NCBI RefSeq assembly: GCF_000150275.1
Contig: NW_002060943.1
Span: 2,818,462 to 2,882,461, forward strand
Direction of reading: 5' to 3'
DNA: 64,000 nucleotides
Origin: Trichoplax adhaerens
Taxonomy: Eukaryota > Animalia > Placozoa
In this document: one piece after another, positions 29,576 to 41,825 of the stretch
How the letters are laid out: each line of letters opens with the position of its first letter
How positions within the stretch are numbered: the first letter of the stretch is position 1
The notes under the pieces: model-generated
Told to the model about the DNA's origin: nothing
The model's database searches: none
What the model saw: only the letters and a program-made list of their open reading frames with translations
Position numbers and translations under genes: made by a program

Positions 29576-29700
29576 TGAAGTGGTCAATGCACTGTAAAAA
29601 TTTGCCCTTCATTCATTCGTAGTAAGCTGACAGAAGAAAATAGTTTGATTCATTTTATCCACAAAATTCTTTAGACGTTCTATTCTGGCCAGCAATATTA

Positions 29701-29980
29701 AATACGATCGATTCATAGTCTACTGTATTGCCAATTTCTGCATCTTAATACAAAGACAGATCATCAACTTCTATGGGTATGAGAATAATAATTACAATTA
29801 TTACTGTCTTCAAGCTCGCATTGGATAGTGCGGTACTAGGGACTTGTAAGGCGAATACGTATTCGTCCTGCCAGTCGTGTTCAATACGATCAGTTCGTAG
29901 TCTACTTTATTGCCAATTTCTCCATCTCAATACAAAGACAGATCATCAACTCTCATGGGTATGAGAAGAATAATTACAAT
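29701..29980. repeat. Direct duplication (~100 bp, ~182 bp apart)
   Basis: aatacgatc..tagtctact..attgccaatttct.catct.aatacaaagacagatcatcaact..atgggtatgagaa.aataattacaat at ~29701-29799 and ~29883-29980. Confidence 0.8.
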
Positions 29981-30066
29981 GTCCATGCAAATCTCATCAT
30001 TGTCCTGCCAAGAGCTTTTAAGACTAATTACGTATTAGTCTTACAAGTCCCTGGTACCGCACTATC
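29824..30066. repeat. 38-bp inverted repeat pair (MITE-like/foldback candidate)
   Basis: 29824-29861 gatagtgcggtactagggacttgtaaggcgaatacgta versus 30029-30066 tacgtattagtcttacaagtccctggtaccgcactatc: reverse complements with 3 mismatches. No clear target-site duplication. Confidence 0.7.
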
Positions 30067-30305
30067 AGCATGAAATCCTTTCATGCTGTACCATCAGTGG
30101 ATGTGCACTGCAAGTTTCTACAATAAAAAAAGTCGCGTCAGTCCTAAGTAATAAAGTCCAACTTCTATTTAGCAATAGCGGTACTGTAGACTACAGGGTA
30201 TGCCTCAGGGCCCTTAATTTAGCATTCTGCGATCAGCGTCAGTATTAATTCACCTTGATCGGTTACCACACGGTATACTGTACACAGCAGAAACGATGGA
30301 TGATG

Positions 30306-30638
30306 TCATAGGATAAACTCAGACGCGTAGCCCTAGTACAGTACTGTACTACTATGGTTAGCTTTCCCTGCGATCCGACTCCAGTTCAACGTTCATTATA
30401 TCTTAAAACTGTAGAATAATGATGACTGGACGAGCAAATATATACAATTGATTAGTTCTTGCGATGAGTGATTGATTATATCATAGAATAAACCCAGATG
30501 CGTAGCCCTAGTACAGTACTGTACTAATGTTGTGTTTAGCTTTCCCCGCGATCCGACTCCAGTTCAACGTTCATTATAACTTAAATCTGTAGAATAATGA
30601 TGAGTAGACGAGCAAATATATACAATTGATCAGTTCTT
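30306..30638. repeat. Tandem duplication, ~175-bp unit x2
   Basis: 30306-30460 and 30481-30638 share gcgtagccctagtacagtactgtacta...gcgatccgactccagttcaacgttcattata...acgagcaaatatatacaattgat.agttctt. Confidence 0.88.
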
Positions 30639-32000
30639 CTATTACTAGAGTAAATACACACACACTCAAGTTTAACCACTGCTGTACTGTATAACCTTCA
30701 TACCTGTATTGGCTGTACACTGTACATGGATTTGTAGATTTTCTTCCACAAGAAATCGAAAAGTCCATAACCTGTATTGTTCTTTTCGTCTTAGTACATC
30801 CTCAATTTCACCAATGTAAGCACGTACAGTATTGTACAAAGACGTACAAGAACATGGCGTGATCTCCACAACAACTGCTACGGTCTAAACATTGTCGGTC
30901 GAATAGCATAGAGATGGAAGATGTTGGAATCAAAATGACTCAAAACAGATACCGTCTCTAATCAAATAGCCTTACCACTTACTATCATAGTGTGAATACT
31001 ATGTTACATATTGCTAGCTAATTGTATTATAGTTATCATTCATCAGTGATGGTAAATGATTGTGCAAGTAAATAATGTACTGAGGTTGTCAGTGCTGTAA
31101 AATCCCACAAGCGGCCAGTAATGGGCCGGATAGTAGAGCTAGTATACAGTACTCTACAACAATTTATTCCAAACTTCACTATAGAAACTTCAAAAACAGA
31201 GTTCAATACAGTTATGCAATGATTTCACTTTAATCGGTGCCACTAATCTCTGGAAATCAGTACTAAAGGTCTATAGATCATCAAGGTATTGAAGCGAACC
31301 CTACCTTTCTCAGGCCTACTAAAGGATAAGAAATTATACTTGTTTTTATTCACTATCAGTCATGTCTTGAGAATCCTAGCATCTCGATAACTTTGCTATC
31401 AGATCATGGATAGAATGAAAATGTAATAGAAGTACAGTACTTGTACTGTCTCGGTGCGAGTATATAAAACAATAATTAATAACTTTATCCATGCTTACTA
31501 CGAAGTCTTTTCAGCAAAGCGTACAGCAGCTGAAGTTAAAAAGTGTAAACGAGTTTCGATTACAAACTAGTAGTACAGCGAAATGATCCCATAACAAGCT
31601 AGTATAAAGTAGTTCGTTAATATGAAGATGACAAAGAGTACATACGCGTAAACAAGAATCAATCATTCATGGATTCCAAACAGTATAATTTATATAGGAT
31701 AAATCATAGCATAGGCATGGATTTAGTGCATTAGCAGCTTGGTGCTACTATAGATATACTTTTTCCTACGTAATTTATTCTCAATTTGTAGTGAGTGATA
31801 ACTCACTAGAGTAATTTATTGCAATGAAATGGCAAACACGTTAAGATCACAGCATACAGTAGCGCTTCATCGGATCCAAATGTACAAATAAGTGATTAAG
31901 CTACAGTATAATCTTGACTATAATACGTATAGTATGTGTCGAATATAAAAATAGCCAATAAAAATAATAATCCAATCATATCCTCTAGAAAGTTGAAACA

Positions 32001-33397
32001 CTACTTCTTAACAATTGCTTCAGATTTGTCAGTTATACTGTAGTTATCCGGTACAGTCACATTACGTAGATCTTCCATTCCTGCCTCAGGCTCATCACCT
32101 ATTAATATCTGGATTAATTTTTCACAAGTTGAAAGGACGTCTTCATTTTTGTCCCACTGATGTAATTCACGTAGGATAGCGTAAGCCATTTTCTCTCTTA
32201 TATACATCCGACATGGTTTAGTAGCACACAACTAAAATTTTTGCCAGATAGCATCGTACAATCAATATTAATAACGTAATAATCGAACCTTTACTATTAT
32301 CCATATATGCGTACGTAGGTACACAGCAGAATGCTGAAGTTCAATATGCATAATACTGCGTATCATTCAAGTTTGAAAATGAAAGTATTTCATGAGTACT
32401 AGATAATACAATATGTAGCAACCTGCATCAAACTTTCTATCAGCATTATTCGTAAATCTGCTTCCGGTTCTCTAACTTTGTCCTCGCCAAGGTATTGCAA
32501 ATCTAATGGTAAACGATCTGTCTCTTCTTGCTTTAATTCTTCGGGTCCAGCTAAGGGAAGTAGCAAATGTGGCAAAATGTCTATTTCTTCGCCGAGCAGC
32601 CATTCGTTACAATCTGTAAAACGTGCCAAAACAAGACATACAATCAATTGTAGCCAACCATCTATAAAACATGGTACATCAATCGATTCTTAAATGATTG
32701 CAAAATTAGACACAACAAAACAAACAGATCATCATAAGAAGAGGCTGATTTATTCACCGCTTTCAAAGCAACAATTTTTAATAACAGCAATTAATCCTCT
32801 CCGTCGTATGGCGTTATCATAGTATTGTGTGTAAGGTAAGCATTTCTGGATGATTAATTTATCTTTATCTAATATCCATCTTCTAGCAGCTTGGACTTGC
32901 GTTACGTTGGCCAAAATTGCAGCAACATGATGATACGTAGCATGCTTATTGTAGCCAGAGCAAAAGAATGCGTCTAATAATTGATTAAAAATTTTTCTTC
33001 CATCCTGACTTTGCAATATTTCCATCGTTGTATCACAGCCTTGACTAAGACGGGTAAGGTTGCATAATATCATGCAAGCTTTATCCGCATATTTAGCAGT
33101 TTTCTTCAAGGCATACAAAAGCAAAGATTGCACGTAGTCCTTTTTACATAAGTAATTTGCTGCGTGATCGTCACCTGTTACATTAATTAAAGTTATATAT
33201 GCGGCATCAGCTACATTCTCGATTTCATCTTTAGTCAAATTAACCGCTGCATCTATGATAGTAGTATTCCTTGCAATTAATGTATTTGTCTCTGAAGAGC
33301 CAGTCAGGCCTGCAATAAATTCTATAGCTGGTAACTTGATATCTGGTCGTGTCTGTAACGTTAGAAACTGAGCAATTTCCTTGATTTGAGATTCCAT
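32001..33397 (-). CDS. HGH1: Protein HGH1 homolog (FAM203, eEF2 chaperone), 3 exons
   Basis: Exons 32758-33397, 32423-32613 and 32001-32231. Motifs: ADKACMILCNLTR, RRRGLIAVIKNCCF, ILPHLLLPLAGPEE..LPLDLQYLGEDKVREPEADLRIMLIESLMQL, YAILRELHQW, CEKLIQILIGDEPE. Confidence 0.95.
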
Positions 33398-33589
33398 AGT
33401 TTAGCTTAACATTTGAATTTATATGAAAAGGTTTATTGTACGAGTATATCCATGACAATAATCTCTACCTGCTGCTAAAGGCTATTTTGTCGATTGAGGA
33501 GCCAGCTTTCCATAGCATCCTCACCACAGATCGAGATCGCTCAAGGCAAGCCAAGGTGTTCCATATGGGTACAATCAGTAAGTGCTGTG

Positions 33590-33768
33590 CTGTACTGTAC
33601 ACTGTACTGTACTGTACAGTACTGTAGATCTGCAATCTGTACTGGTACTGTACTGTACTGTACAACTCGTTTTAATTAATTAATGGCATACAGTACAGTA
33701 CTAAGATAGGCATTTTACAGTATTTATTGTTCGAAATTCGTCAAGGTACTGTACTGTACAGTACTGTA
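33590..33768. promoter_or_regulatory. GTAC[A/T] array in HGH1/NFATC2IP divergent promoter
   Basis: Array occupies the centre of the 451-bp gap between two divergent ATGs (33397 and 33849). Confidence 0.65.
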
Positions 33769-33848
33769 GAAAACTGCCACACTCCTAGCAAAAATTCCTT
33801 CGCAAAGATCTTCTCGTCGGCCATCATATCGATCATGCCAGAGACGAA

Positions 33849-36493
33849 ATGAATTCAGGTACACTTCCTTCCCAAAGTATGGATAAATCAGTAAAAAGTT
33901 CAGATGAGGACACTTCTGAAGAAGATGAAATTAGCTTCTTCACGTATCGAAATAGTCAGCCGATCAATTTTGTAGAAACTCAAACTCGTAAGGTCATTAT
34001 TGATGACGATGACGATGATGACATTATTAGTTTTGAACCGGCCAACAAAAGACAAAAGAAGGGAAATACGAGATCAAAAAGTACGGAATTAGACGATTCC
34101 GAGATAATTAGGTAATCGACTACTGTTATAAGACATACTGAATTTGCTAATGTGAACCTGTCATTAGTCGTTAATGAATTAATTACAAGTGAATAACTAT
34201 GCGTTGATGTTGCATTACGGCTTTGACGATCATACTTTCCTGCTGAAACTAAATACTGGTATTTCAAGAAAAGACGATATCTACTCTACGCCAAGACTAT
34301 CCGTATGCTAGTCATACAGTGTTGACGATATTAAATACTGAGTATAAAGAGAGATTTTAACCCAAGACACTTGGTGAGAAACTGAAATTGCATCACTGTA
34401 GATACCTAATTGCGTGTACACTGTACTGTACTGCACAGGACTCTATTTGAACATCTTCTGCATATTTTGTACTTCACCACATACCATAATTTTATTGTAT
34501 CATGCAGTTGTAAATCATTTGCTTGGGCTTTCAATATTATTAGAACGTATTTATCGAAGTAAGTATCTAAGGAGAAATGTTATTGCATAATCTAGGAGGT
34601 TTATCCATACAAGTCGATATGCATAACAATACTGTAGATACTCCAGTTACAAATACCATTGATCAACAAGTATATTTCTTCTCCTATTACTCCTCCACAC
34701 CTCCTAGTCGTTGAGCCTACTATATGAATAACTTAGCTAAAGACCTTATTGGAAAATATCACTTCAAGATTCAAATCGTAGTCGAAACACTTGCAAATAA
34801 CTTGCATCAGTTAATAATGGAACGCCATAGACTGGCTAACTTATTAACTACATGGAGTCAATGCTGCAAGTGTATCTTACGTAACTCGACTATACGCGTA
34901 GACTACTAGAAGTAGTGGTAATTTCTAGTAGTCCGTGACTTAGCACTTATATTGCTAGGTAGTCGCTACGGTATTCGATATCTAAAACTAGTAGTAATGT
35001 GCTGTACATAAAGAAAATCTCTCGAGTACTCACCTCGAGTAATAGTTATGCTTACCTTAGCGGAATCTTAAAGTCTTAAAAATTTTTTTTTCCTATTCCT
35101 CAATGATAGCAATGAGGATTATCTCATCTGCACATCGACCGTGGATACGGATGCTCTTCGTCGACAAGTCGAGAAAGAATTGGAATCAGATGAAATAATC
35201 ATGTTAGTATTTTATATCGTAAACTGTATATAAAATGTGCTGTGCAGATTTTTAGTGTTGACGTAAATTTAAAGATCACATTTTGCTCACCTCCAACTAG
35301 ATGTATTACAATCATTCTACTAGCCTGGTTGATTAATTATTACTTATAATCATAAATTCAGAATTAATTCACATCAATATAGGAGTATAGGTAAAACAAC
35401 TGATTTTATTACTCTTCATAATCATGTAGGAAAGCTAACAGTATGATGGCAGAAGTACTACGGTAGGAGAGTCTTTGTGAATAGGCTGTTACAAGGAATT
35501 TTAAGCAGCCTCTTTGCAACCTTGTACTAGGCATGATCGAATCATTTTGAAGTGGATATACCCATCTTTTCTGATATGTGCCTAATTCTGCAATGTAGAC
35601 GAAAAATTGACGAACATGAGGACACCCATTCTCAGAATCCTGACGAAGATCTTGATGAACATCCCATCAGCGGCACTCAAACAAATAAGTTTGTTCGCAT
35701 TCCTATTCGAATTGGTGATAAAATCAAGCGATACAAATTATTGGAGGTACAAAATACGAATTCATTCGAAGCAAACAGAGCAATTTTACTTTCTGTATTC
35801 GTAATTAGGTATTAATGGCCTTTTTACAGACTGAGCCATTTCAAGTTATTGCGGAAACAATAGCTCGAGAAGAAATGATTGGCGTGGATCAGGTTTTAAT
35901 CTCTAGAAAAGATCTTGATATCAAACTGGATGATACTCCACAATCGATTAATTTTTCAGTTACAGATATACTCGGTAAGTAAACTACTTATTATGTTTGC
36001 TAAGTTAACGAAAGAGTCGCCGGACTAGTATTTACGATATATTGAATAATTGCTGTATTATCAGTTAAAAGTTGACAACCCTTAAATGCAATCTATGTCG
36101 TCTGAATCTATAAATTTTTTAGATTTTTTCGTTATCAAAAAGCCAACTCGAACTGAAAAGTGCCAGACTGATTCAATTCTAACGATAAAAATTCAAAGTG
36201 ATGATAAAAGTCGCGCTACAAAGACATTCAAGGTCCATAAAGTAAGTTGCTAATTGACGGACTCTTAACTGAAGAACTGCCGTCACAGTCTTAATCGCAA
36301 TTGTATAAATATTTTACAGCTCAAGCCTTTGGAAACTGCATTTAAGGAATATGCAAAATTTCATCGGATACCTTTATCGTCGATTGCTTTCTCTATCGAT
36401 GGGGAAAGAATTGATTTGAAAAGGACGCCAGTATCCCTAGAATTAGAATCTGGTGATATAATTGATGCTCGTATAATTGCAGATACTACATAA
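33849..36493 (+). CDS. NFATC2IP: NFATC2IP/NIP45/Rad60/Esc2 (RENi) family protein with tandem SUMO-like domains
   Basis: Acidic N-terminus with SIM-like VIIDDDDDD. SLD1: FVRIPIRIGDKIKRYKLLE/TEPFQVIAETIAREE..VLISRKDLDIKLDDTPQSINFSVTDIL. SLD2: LTIKIQSDDK..TFKVHK/LKPLETAFKEYA..IAFSIDGERIDLKRTPVSLELESGDIIDARI. No C-terminal GG; stop 36491-36493. Confidence 0.85.
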
Positions 36494-37709
36494 ATGTATA
36501 ATTTCGTTTAATTGTAACTAACTTAATGTCCTTCTACTAATGTACAAAGATTTTTCGATCACTTTTGAATTTGCTACAAACGAATGTACAATGCCCGTCA
36601 TCCGTAACAATTTCAAGATAGTTCAGGAAAGCATAGTGAGATTAGCTCTAATATAAATTAAATATATCAATCTATTCCATTAAGAGTGTTGCTAGAATTG
36701 AAATATTTTTACATACAATACAATTAATTAATAAATAAGATGTAATTTGCGGTGAATCGTCAGCAACTGCGGTGAATAATGCCCCAATGGCGTAGTTGAT
36801 TACGATGCAATCATTGATTTGATTTAATTTAATGTGCCTTTAACTTCTTGAAGATAATGAGGAACTTCATAAACCTTTTGGTGGCTGAAACATCACGTAC
36901 CTTACCGTGAACTGTAAAACTACTATTTAAGTCTTTAATGCAAAATTTGCAATTCTGACATAGAATATCGAAAGTATCTCGGCAACCGAACTAACGCAGT
37001 TGCTTCACGAAGCATATTACAGTGCTAACATAACACACTAAAAGTATCTTGCCACGCAAATGCTTTTACAGTATGAAATTTTGATATAATACTGACAAAT
37101 TAAATGCATCAGAGAGCTTAATTAGAAATATTGCCTTTGATCGCATATGACTGCGACATAATTACGGCTACTTCATTGAAAATATTCTAGTTTTCCATCC
37201 TCAAATTCCAACAACGTACTCATAAATTTTGTGTAGTTGTTAACTTTAATAACTACGAAAGGTAATAAATTCTGCAAACTGATAATCATTTTCACGTTTC
37301 GTATATTTCACAGAAAGTAAAGGCAACTTACAGTAATGATATATTAACATTCAAAGTTAATTTAAAGGATAATTACCAGAGAATGTTACTAAAATTATTT
37401 ATTTCGTTATATTAAATAATCCATAATTCATTAATACTCTCTGTACCGTTAATAGATGTCAGAGGTGACAGTAACCTGTGATAATGTACAAACGATTAAA
37501 GTACATAGACAAGTTGTATTCAGACATTGTATATATTACCGTAACTATAGTCATGTATACTTTATGCAAACGTTTAAAATTCAAATTATATCTAACAATT
37601 CATCGGAATATTTCCAAAGACAGTATATTTAAAGTAAGCTACCAATGCGATTGTATATATTATCCGCTGAAGTTTCCCAGTAGCTTTCGTCAATATATTT
37701 AGAGATGCA

Positions 37710-40688
37710 TTAACTGTACAACTTTATTAATTCATCACTGACGGCAGACGGCGTTAGAACGCCTAAATCAGTGAACAATAGAGTAAGAAAATGAGGTGGC
37801 GTATAATCTACCAACGGATGTTCAGAAGGAGAGGGATTAGGGGAAGTAGGATACTATTATAATAAAATACCAATCGTTTTTAATCTTAATCCATGGAAGA
37901 GCAGAGAAAAATTCAAATTTAGTTAACTTACTTTCCACTCATTCGGCACATCGTGTTGATTTAAAGGATAAAGTCTGACGAATTTAAAGCTTTCAACAAG
38001 CACATAAAATGGTTTGTTGCAATGTTTTGCCATAACAGCCATTTGATATGTTCCAATCTATAACAGATAGAAATATATATTCTATAATATAACTTTAGCA
38101 ATAACCAGTAGCGCTTAGATTGGAATATGTATCCTAAATCCTTAAATTCAAATTATCGCACCTTATTGATGATACCACCGCTTTCGACAACCCCTTCAGC
38201 TCCAGCTAATACTAAATCTACTTTTTCCATGATATATCTAAGAATTGTAGATATAAACAGTCATGCTCAACTAAGACAAATACAAAGTAAAACTGATACC
38301 AACTTAGCAATACGAGTACATTCAATACTTTTACTGTAGCTGAACATTACCCCACTGCTGCATCTAAGATGACAGTTGTTGGAATACCAAATTCCGTCAG
38401 ACACTGTTGAAATTCGCAACTATAAACAAAATTAAAACAAGTAAAATGGTCGCCATCAGTTGAAACATAGACATTAATCTTTCTAAAATAGCAGCATTAC
38501 AATGAAAAGTAATAGCATCAAGATTTTGCTTTACCCTGTGCAATCAGGCCTTGATTCTGTAACGAAAACAGAGACTCGCTTCTTACTTGCAGCTACATCT
38601 TTCAGTAATTGTATAACCACACGAGATCTAGCATGAACTAATATCGTCTGAAAGTTGAAAATTTTAACAAGAGTGATTTATGATATATTGAAGCGAGTAA
38701 AAGAATTTCCACTATTATGTCAAAGACAAATATCTTCTTACCGCACCATCACTTATAAATGGAATGCATAATTTTGAAATTTTCATTCGAGACTGCGATA
38801 CTTCTTTTAAGAATAGTTGACCTAAATACAATTATACATTCATAGTAGATTAGTGTATGTCTAAATAGTTCATATAGCATATTATCTAACTGAAAAGAAT
38901 TGTGACAATTACCTCGGTTAACTAGCACAATTCGGCATTGTTGAAAATCCTATCATAACATGTCGGATACTATTAGCGTGAGTTGTTGCGCGTGATGTCC
39001 TAAATTACCTTATATTCATTGTTCATTTGCCTAAGTTAATTACTTACAGGTTGATCTAGGGAGGTTAAGGTAATAAATCGCAAGAATAGCTCACAACCAG
39101 AGGCAACTGAAGTCACTGCTTTATCTGTCTTTGTTAGGCAATCTATAGTTCCATTGATTTTTTCGCGAAATTCGGATAAAGTTTCACCTACAGAAACAGC
39201 ATTGATAATTACTTCAATAGACAGTTACGATTATATATTGTATACGTTTTAGTAGGTACTTAATTCTTGTACAGCTATTTACGAGGGCATCGAACGTTTG
39301 TACAGTATAGTGGAAAAGAGATTAATAGGCGGTCATCCATACTCGTCTAATTCAAACGTATCGCACATCTATATGTTTCATTCTATTATATTGTTGATAC
39401 ATGTTGTACATTAACGTAGTTTTGATATACACAAAGTAAAGCGCATTGCACTATACGAGTGACGATTTATAAAATTATGCAACTCATTCAAAAATATTCC
39501 AAGTCTTATTATACAGTATGTATAAGTTGACTAGACCTCGTAGAGTCACCTACATCCCTAGAAGGTATACTGAAAACAGTAAACAAATTTTACTTACATT
39601 TATCTTGTCTGATAAATTCAATCAAAGTTTCAATTGCAGCTATCGCGTTCGATTTCATAGGCTCCAATTCAAGTTTTTGCTTAAAATAATTCTTGCAGTC
39701 TATTAAAAGATACAATCATTCAATTTTACTAATACTATCACTTTAGCTCGTTTGTTTAACAAATTGAGACATGGATATTATAATTAAGTAGTAATCTATC
39801 ATCGATATGAAAGATGGCTACATATTTATAAGCCACTGCTTGCAAGTCATGTAATGAGAAGATACAGTAGGTCTGTAGTTTGCTTGTAGTAGTAAAGTGA
39901 AATATCAATAGACAGCAGATTCATGCACGTCCAAGTAATACGAGTTCACATGTGTGGATGAAGTGATATATTGTGAATAACATTAACCTATAATATTAGC
40001 TGATAACAAGCTAATTCTAGTATGGAGGTATACGGCAAACGTCATGATATCCTTTAATTTAATATACTCGCATATTAGCATTTTAACTGATAGCGTTAAG
40101 GTTAGGGTTGATAGCTCAATACTGTACGACCTTTCTGCTAACTGTACTTGCATCCATGTGCCAATCTTACAATATTTCACAACAGTCAACATGAAGGAAT
40201 AACTCTCCTACATTAGTTTACTGCAATACGATCATATTATACTCATCCAGCTATTCATAATGATCTCTTCCATATCAATTACTACTAACGTGCTATCACT
40301 ACAGGAATCAACATCGATAACTAATTTAATACACGTATTATTCATGAAACAGGATCAACATTCACTGTTTCCATCCCGAAAAAGTACCAGCAAGCAATTT
40401 GCATTAAGGTTGGAGTTACAATAACTAGGTCAAATTTCGCTACAGCCAATAGGTCGATTCATATATCATACATCTCCACCATGTAAGTAACGCAATAACA
40501 GCAGAATATGATCATTTCTTCATATGCTGTAAAGACTAATGATGAATTCTTGTCCCTTGTAATCTAATCAGCATGATACCTTCATAACTATTTAAAGTCT
40601 GTGATAACGGTGTAAGATGATCCACCGAGTGATCTTGTACCGAGATTTTTTCATTACTTGCTTCCATCTGCTCCGAGACAGTCGCCAT
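37710..40688 (-). CDS. EIF2B1: Translation initiation factor eIF2B subunit alpha, multi-exon
   Basis: [24 protein letters not shown]; [15 protein letters not shown]; [11 protein letters not shown]; VILDAAVG; [24 protein letters not shown]; [13 protein letters not shown]; [36 protein letters not shown]. Putative first coding exon 40580-40688 with strong Kozak context CCACCATGG. Confidence 0.95.
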
Positions 40689-41052
40689 GGTGGGCTATTA
40701 ATGAAAGTCAATTGAGTTAAATGAGGTTATAAAGATTGGATTGCTACCCAATTACTATTGAGCCATCATGAAGACATTAACATAACCTGCTACCACTGTA
40801 TCTGTCTATTCGTTACTGTTCCAATCTATTTTACAGTGTACCAAAACAACACCTTGCGTAACATTTCCAACTAAATGAATGGCATGATAGCCAATCGATC
40901 ACAGCTCTATCATCGATTTGCAAATAAACATTGATAGACTTACATGCTGCCTGCAAACTACTACGATCGCTTCTATGGAGTGGAGATAAAATGTTAGCCG
41001 ATAACTTCTGTCTGCCGGCGTTGGCCTGTGCTAATCCTACGCCGGTGCCGCT

Positions 41053-41780
41053 TACAGTACATGTACTGTATGCGTCACCAGTATACTGTAGTACTGTACT
41101 GTACTGTACAGTACTGTACTGTACTGTACTGTAGGTCTTGATGGTCTGGTCCTGTACAGTGTACAGTACAGTAAAATGCAAATCTAAGTACTGTAGGGAA
41201 ATACTGTAGTCTACTGTACCGTAACGGGCCGAAGCCTGGTGCAGCATGAATGCGCATGCTGATACAGCTACTGTACTGTTACTGGTAGTTTGAACACAAC
41301 CCTAGTCTTACTAAGCCCAAGGTACTGTAAGTTACAGTAGGCTTCGTTCTCATCGGAGAAATGGGTGACAAGATCTCATTTAGTTCCAGGCTAAGATTGA
41401 TTAATCGCATCGGACTGAACTTCAAGGCCTCTTTAACATATCTAAATGAGTAAGACTGCAGAGTACAAAACTCACAGGACTATGAATAAACATCCTTTCC
41501 ACTTACTGTAGTATTGAATGATGGTGACTCTATCAACCTGTATGGCTTCGCATGTCTGTCTGCAGTACGTCTGATAACCGAACTTTTCTCAGGTCGACTA
41601 GAGATGGCCAAGACTTCCATACACTACCACAGACTTTACAAGACATATATGCGTTCTACCAGATTCCGCTCGCTACATGGTACTCAATATCAACGTCCAT
41701 CTTGATCTAGTGTACAATGTACAGTACTATACTTTACAGTGAACAGTACTGTGTTGTACTGTACGGTGTGCATTGTACAG
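41053..41780. promoter_or_regulatory. GTAC[A/T] arrays in EIF2B1/GTF2H3 divergent promoter
   Basis: Two lobes (~41053-41338, ~41711-41780) with locally raised GC/CpG content between divergent ATGs at 40688 and 41826. Confidence 0.65.
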
Positions 41781-41825
41781 ATAGGTTGCTGCAAACGGAT
41801 TTGCCTCCAGATTGCAGAAGCCACC

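Noticed and set aside
28713-29597. Overlapping ORFs of 71-199 aa rich in STVQY/LYCTV
   Set aside because: Translations of the GTAC[A/T] array, which lacks stops in several frames. The same artefact occurs at 16410-16706, 33436-33679, 40831-41257 and 60841-61154.
29883-29960. Box C/D snoRNA on the minus strand (TGATGA...CTGA)
   Set aside because: Box D is absent from the sister copy and there is no terminal stem or recognisable rRNA guide.
41251-41260. NRF1-like TGCGCATGCT in the EIF2B1/GTF2H3 promoter
   Set aside because: Single partial match, not repeated at the other promoters.
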